From: an uncultured Desulfosarcina sp. | GTDB taxonomy: Bacteria > Desulfobacterota > Desulfobacteria > Desulfobacterales > Desulfosarcinaceae | Reading direction: 5' to 3' | NCBI GenBank assembly: GCA_963674945.2 | Contig: CAXXWQ010000004.1 | Coordinates: forward strand, 2,720,001-2,784,000 | Length of the DNA: 64,000 bases | Part shown: positions 62,419-64,000 of the stretch, piece after piece | Position numbering within the stretch: the first letter of the stretch is position 1 | Layout: every line of letters starts with the position of its first letter | Notes under the pieces: generated by a model | What the model saw: the letters and a program-made list of their open reading frames with translations, nothing else | Told to the model about the DNA's origin: nothing | Databases searched by the model: none | Position numbers and translations under genes: made by a program

Positions 62419-63195
62419 GTGACAAATCGAATTGAAACGCAGGAGCCTTGTCTGTTCGATCCCCGGTGGCCGGTGCTTTACATAGACAATCATCTGCTGG
62501 CCGTCTATAAACCGGCGGGCCTGTTGGTGCAGGGGGATCGAACCGGGGACGTCTGCCTGCTGGATCTGTGCAAGGACTGGCTCAGGGAGCGATACAAGAA
62601 ACCGGGCCGTGTGTTTTTGGCCATGGTCCATCGGCTGGATCGGCCGGTGGCCGGCGTGGTGCTCTTCGCCCGTACCTCAAAGGCCGCCTCCCGTCTGGCG
62701 AAACAATTTCGGGAGCGCAGCGTGGAAAAACGATACCTGGCCGTGGTGGAAGGTGAGGTTCGTAACCCATCCGGCCGTCTCATCCACCACATCCATCGCC
62801 AGGATCGGGCGAGCCATATCGTTCCGGCTCCCGTCACCGGCAGCCAGGAGGCCCGCCTGCGCTATCGGGTTCTGGAAACCGGTCCGAAACGAAGCCTGCT
62901 CGGCATCGAGTTGGAGACCGGCAGGCGCCACCAGATCCGGATTCAACTGGCCCACGCGGGACACGCCATTCTGGGTGATCTTCGTTACGGTGCCATGGCT
63001 CCTTTGGCAAACCGGCAGATCGCGCTGTTGGCGCACACCCTGTCGGTCAATCACCCCACAAAAGGGGATCGATTGACCCTTACCTGCCCGATTCCGCAAA
63101 ATTGGCCCTGGCCCGACTGCGTATCTTTGGCCTCCCCGATCCCCTCTCCACCGTGGGATTGGCGGGCTTTCGATTCTTTAGATAAGACGAATTAA
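62419..63195 (+). CDS. RluA-family pseudouridine synthase
   Basis: KPAGL, HRLDRPVAG, TGRRHQIR, ILGDLRYG. Confidence 0.92.
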   Translation: MTNRIETQEPCLFDPRWPVLYIDNHLLAVYKPAGLLVQGDRTGDVCLLDLCKDWLRERYKKPGRVFLAMVHRLDRPVAGVVLFARTSKAASRLAKQFRERSVEKRYLAVVEGEVRNPSGRLIHHIHRQDRASHIVPAPVTGSQEARLRYRVLETGPKRSLLGIELETGRRHQIRIQLAHAGHAILGDLRYGAMAPLANRQIALLAHTLSVNHPTKGDRLTLTCPIPQNWPWPDCVSLASPIPSPPWDWRAFDSLDKTN

Positions 63196-63237
63196 ATCCG
63201 GGCCCTTTGGACCCGGATTTCCATTTTGCGGCCATTC

Positions 63238-63403
63238 AGTGTCTGCCCAAAATTAAAGAATTTGGTTGAGATCAAGGCGCACGACCAATTTTAGCTCGGG
63301 TTTCACCGCAGGTATATGCGTTGATATTCAAAGGATAGACTTTTTCGCGCAACGCCGATATCGGCCCAAGATAGAATTGATTTGTCATTTCTGGATGGAC
63401 ACT
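63238..63403. repeat. MITE-like repeat family B, full copy (166 bp)
   Basis: Imperfect TIRs AGTGTCTGCCCAAAAT / ATTTCTGGATGGACACT. Confidence 0.8.
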
Positions 63404-63882
63404 TCGATTGCTGCAGCCAAGGCCGCACGCAGATTCTTCAGGTCATCCTCGTTGGGATGTCCCACGGCCCTGGGTGCGTCATCCAGCCATACGGGTGGCT
63501 GAGGCTTGGCCTTGACTTTTTCCAGCACCTTTGGATTGACTTCTCCGAAACAGCTGAAGGTGCCCGCCACGTTGGCCCCCTGGGCCAGGGATTGGGCGTG
63601 GGCCATGGCGTTCTTGGCATGTTCGGAGTCCGGGTCGGCCCCATGGGTGGCAAAGAGAAAAAGTTTCTTGTGGCTTTTCAACCGCTCCAGATAACCGGAT
63701 GACTTTGGATCCGGTTTTCCTCCCTGAAGCCAAAAACCGAGGGCAACGAAGTCGTATTCCGCTGGATCCGGGGCTTCGTCGACAATGCAGATGCGTGTAT
63801 CGCCGGAGAGGTTCTCGCCAAGGGCCTCGGCCAGCTTTTTTGTGTTTCCCGTTTGACTGGCGTAAACGATGAGGGATTTCAT
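63385..63882 (-). CDS. Flavodoxin family protein
   Basis: IVYASQTGNTKKLA, LGFW, FLFATHG, GHPNEDD. Confidence 0.88.
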   Translation of the reverse strand: MKSLIVYASQTGNTKKLAEALGENLSGDTRICIVDEAPDPAEYDFVALGFWLQGGKPDPKSSGYLERLKSHKKLFLFATHGADPDSEHAKNAMAHAQSLAQGANVAGTFSCFGEVNPKVLEKVKAKPQPPVWLDDAPRAVGHPNEDDLKNLRAALAAAIEVSIQK

Positions 63883-64000
63883 GATGATGCTCCTTTCTTT
63901 GCTTGAAGAAGAGTAGATACTATAGGACAGTAAAGGGGCTCTCCGTCTCCTCACCGGCGAGTACTTTTTTAATGGCTTCTTCGAGACCGTTTTTGGACAC

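Overview
Chromosomal window from a sulfate-reducing Desulfobacterota bacterium (Desulfobacterales/Desulfosarcina-like, inferred from gene content). It carries the core sulfate-respiration locus aprBA-qmoABC, clpB, metY, prmA and an envelope cluster (M23 peptidase, GspB/ExeA, MlaA/MlaC). It also holds an FAD-oxidoreductase-cooF-cooS CO-dehydrogenase cluster, a sigma54-driven kinase-USP-desulforedoxin operon, and several signalling genes. The best candidate for an undescribed system is a cobalamin-riboswitch-led operon (17.0-21.0 kb). It encodes a TrpD paralog with altered anthranilate-binding residues, a 69-aa unknown protein and a Zn-alcohol-dehydrogenase::CobT fusion, suggesting an unknown route for cobamide nucleotide-loop or lower-ligand metabolism. 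Other notable points: cooS is split by a -1 frameshift at a slippery-type heptamer and has a CxxC D-cluster motif. There is a structured leader before metY, remnants of a Mo-storage gene and of a cbiO-like gene, and several families of MITE-like repeats, some overlapping gene stop codons. All family assignments come from motif recognition by eye; no database searches were run.
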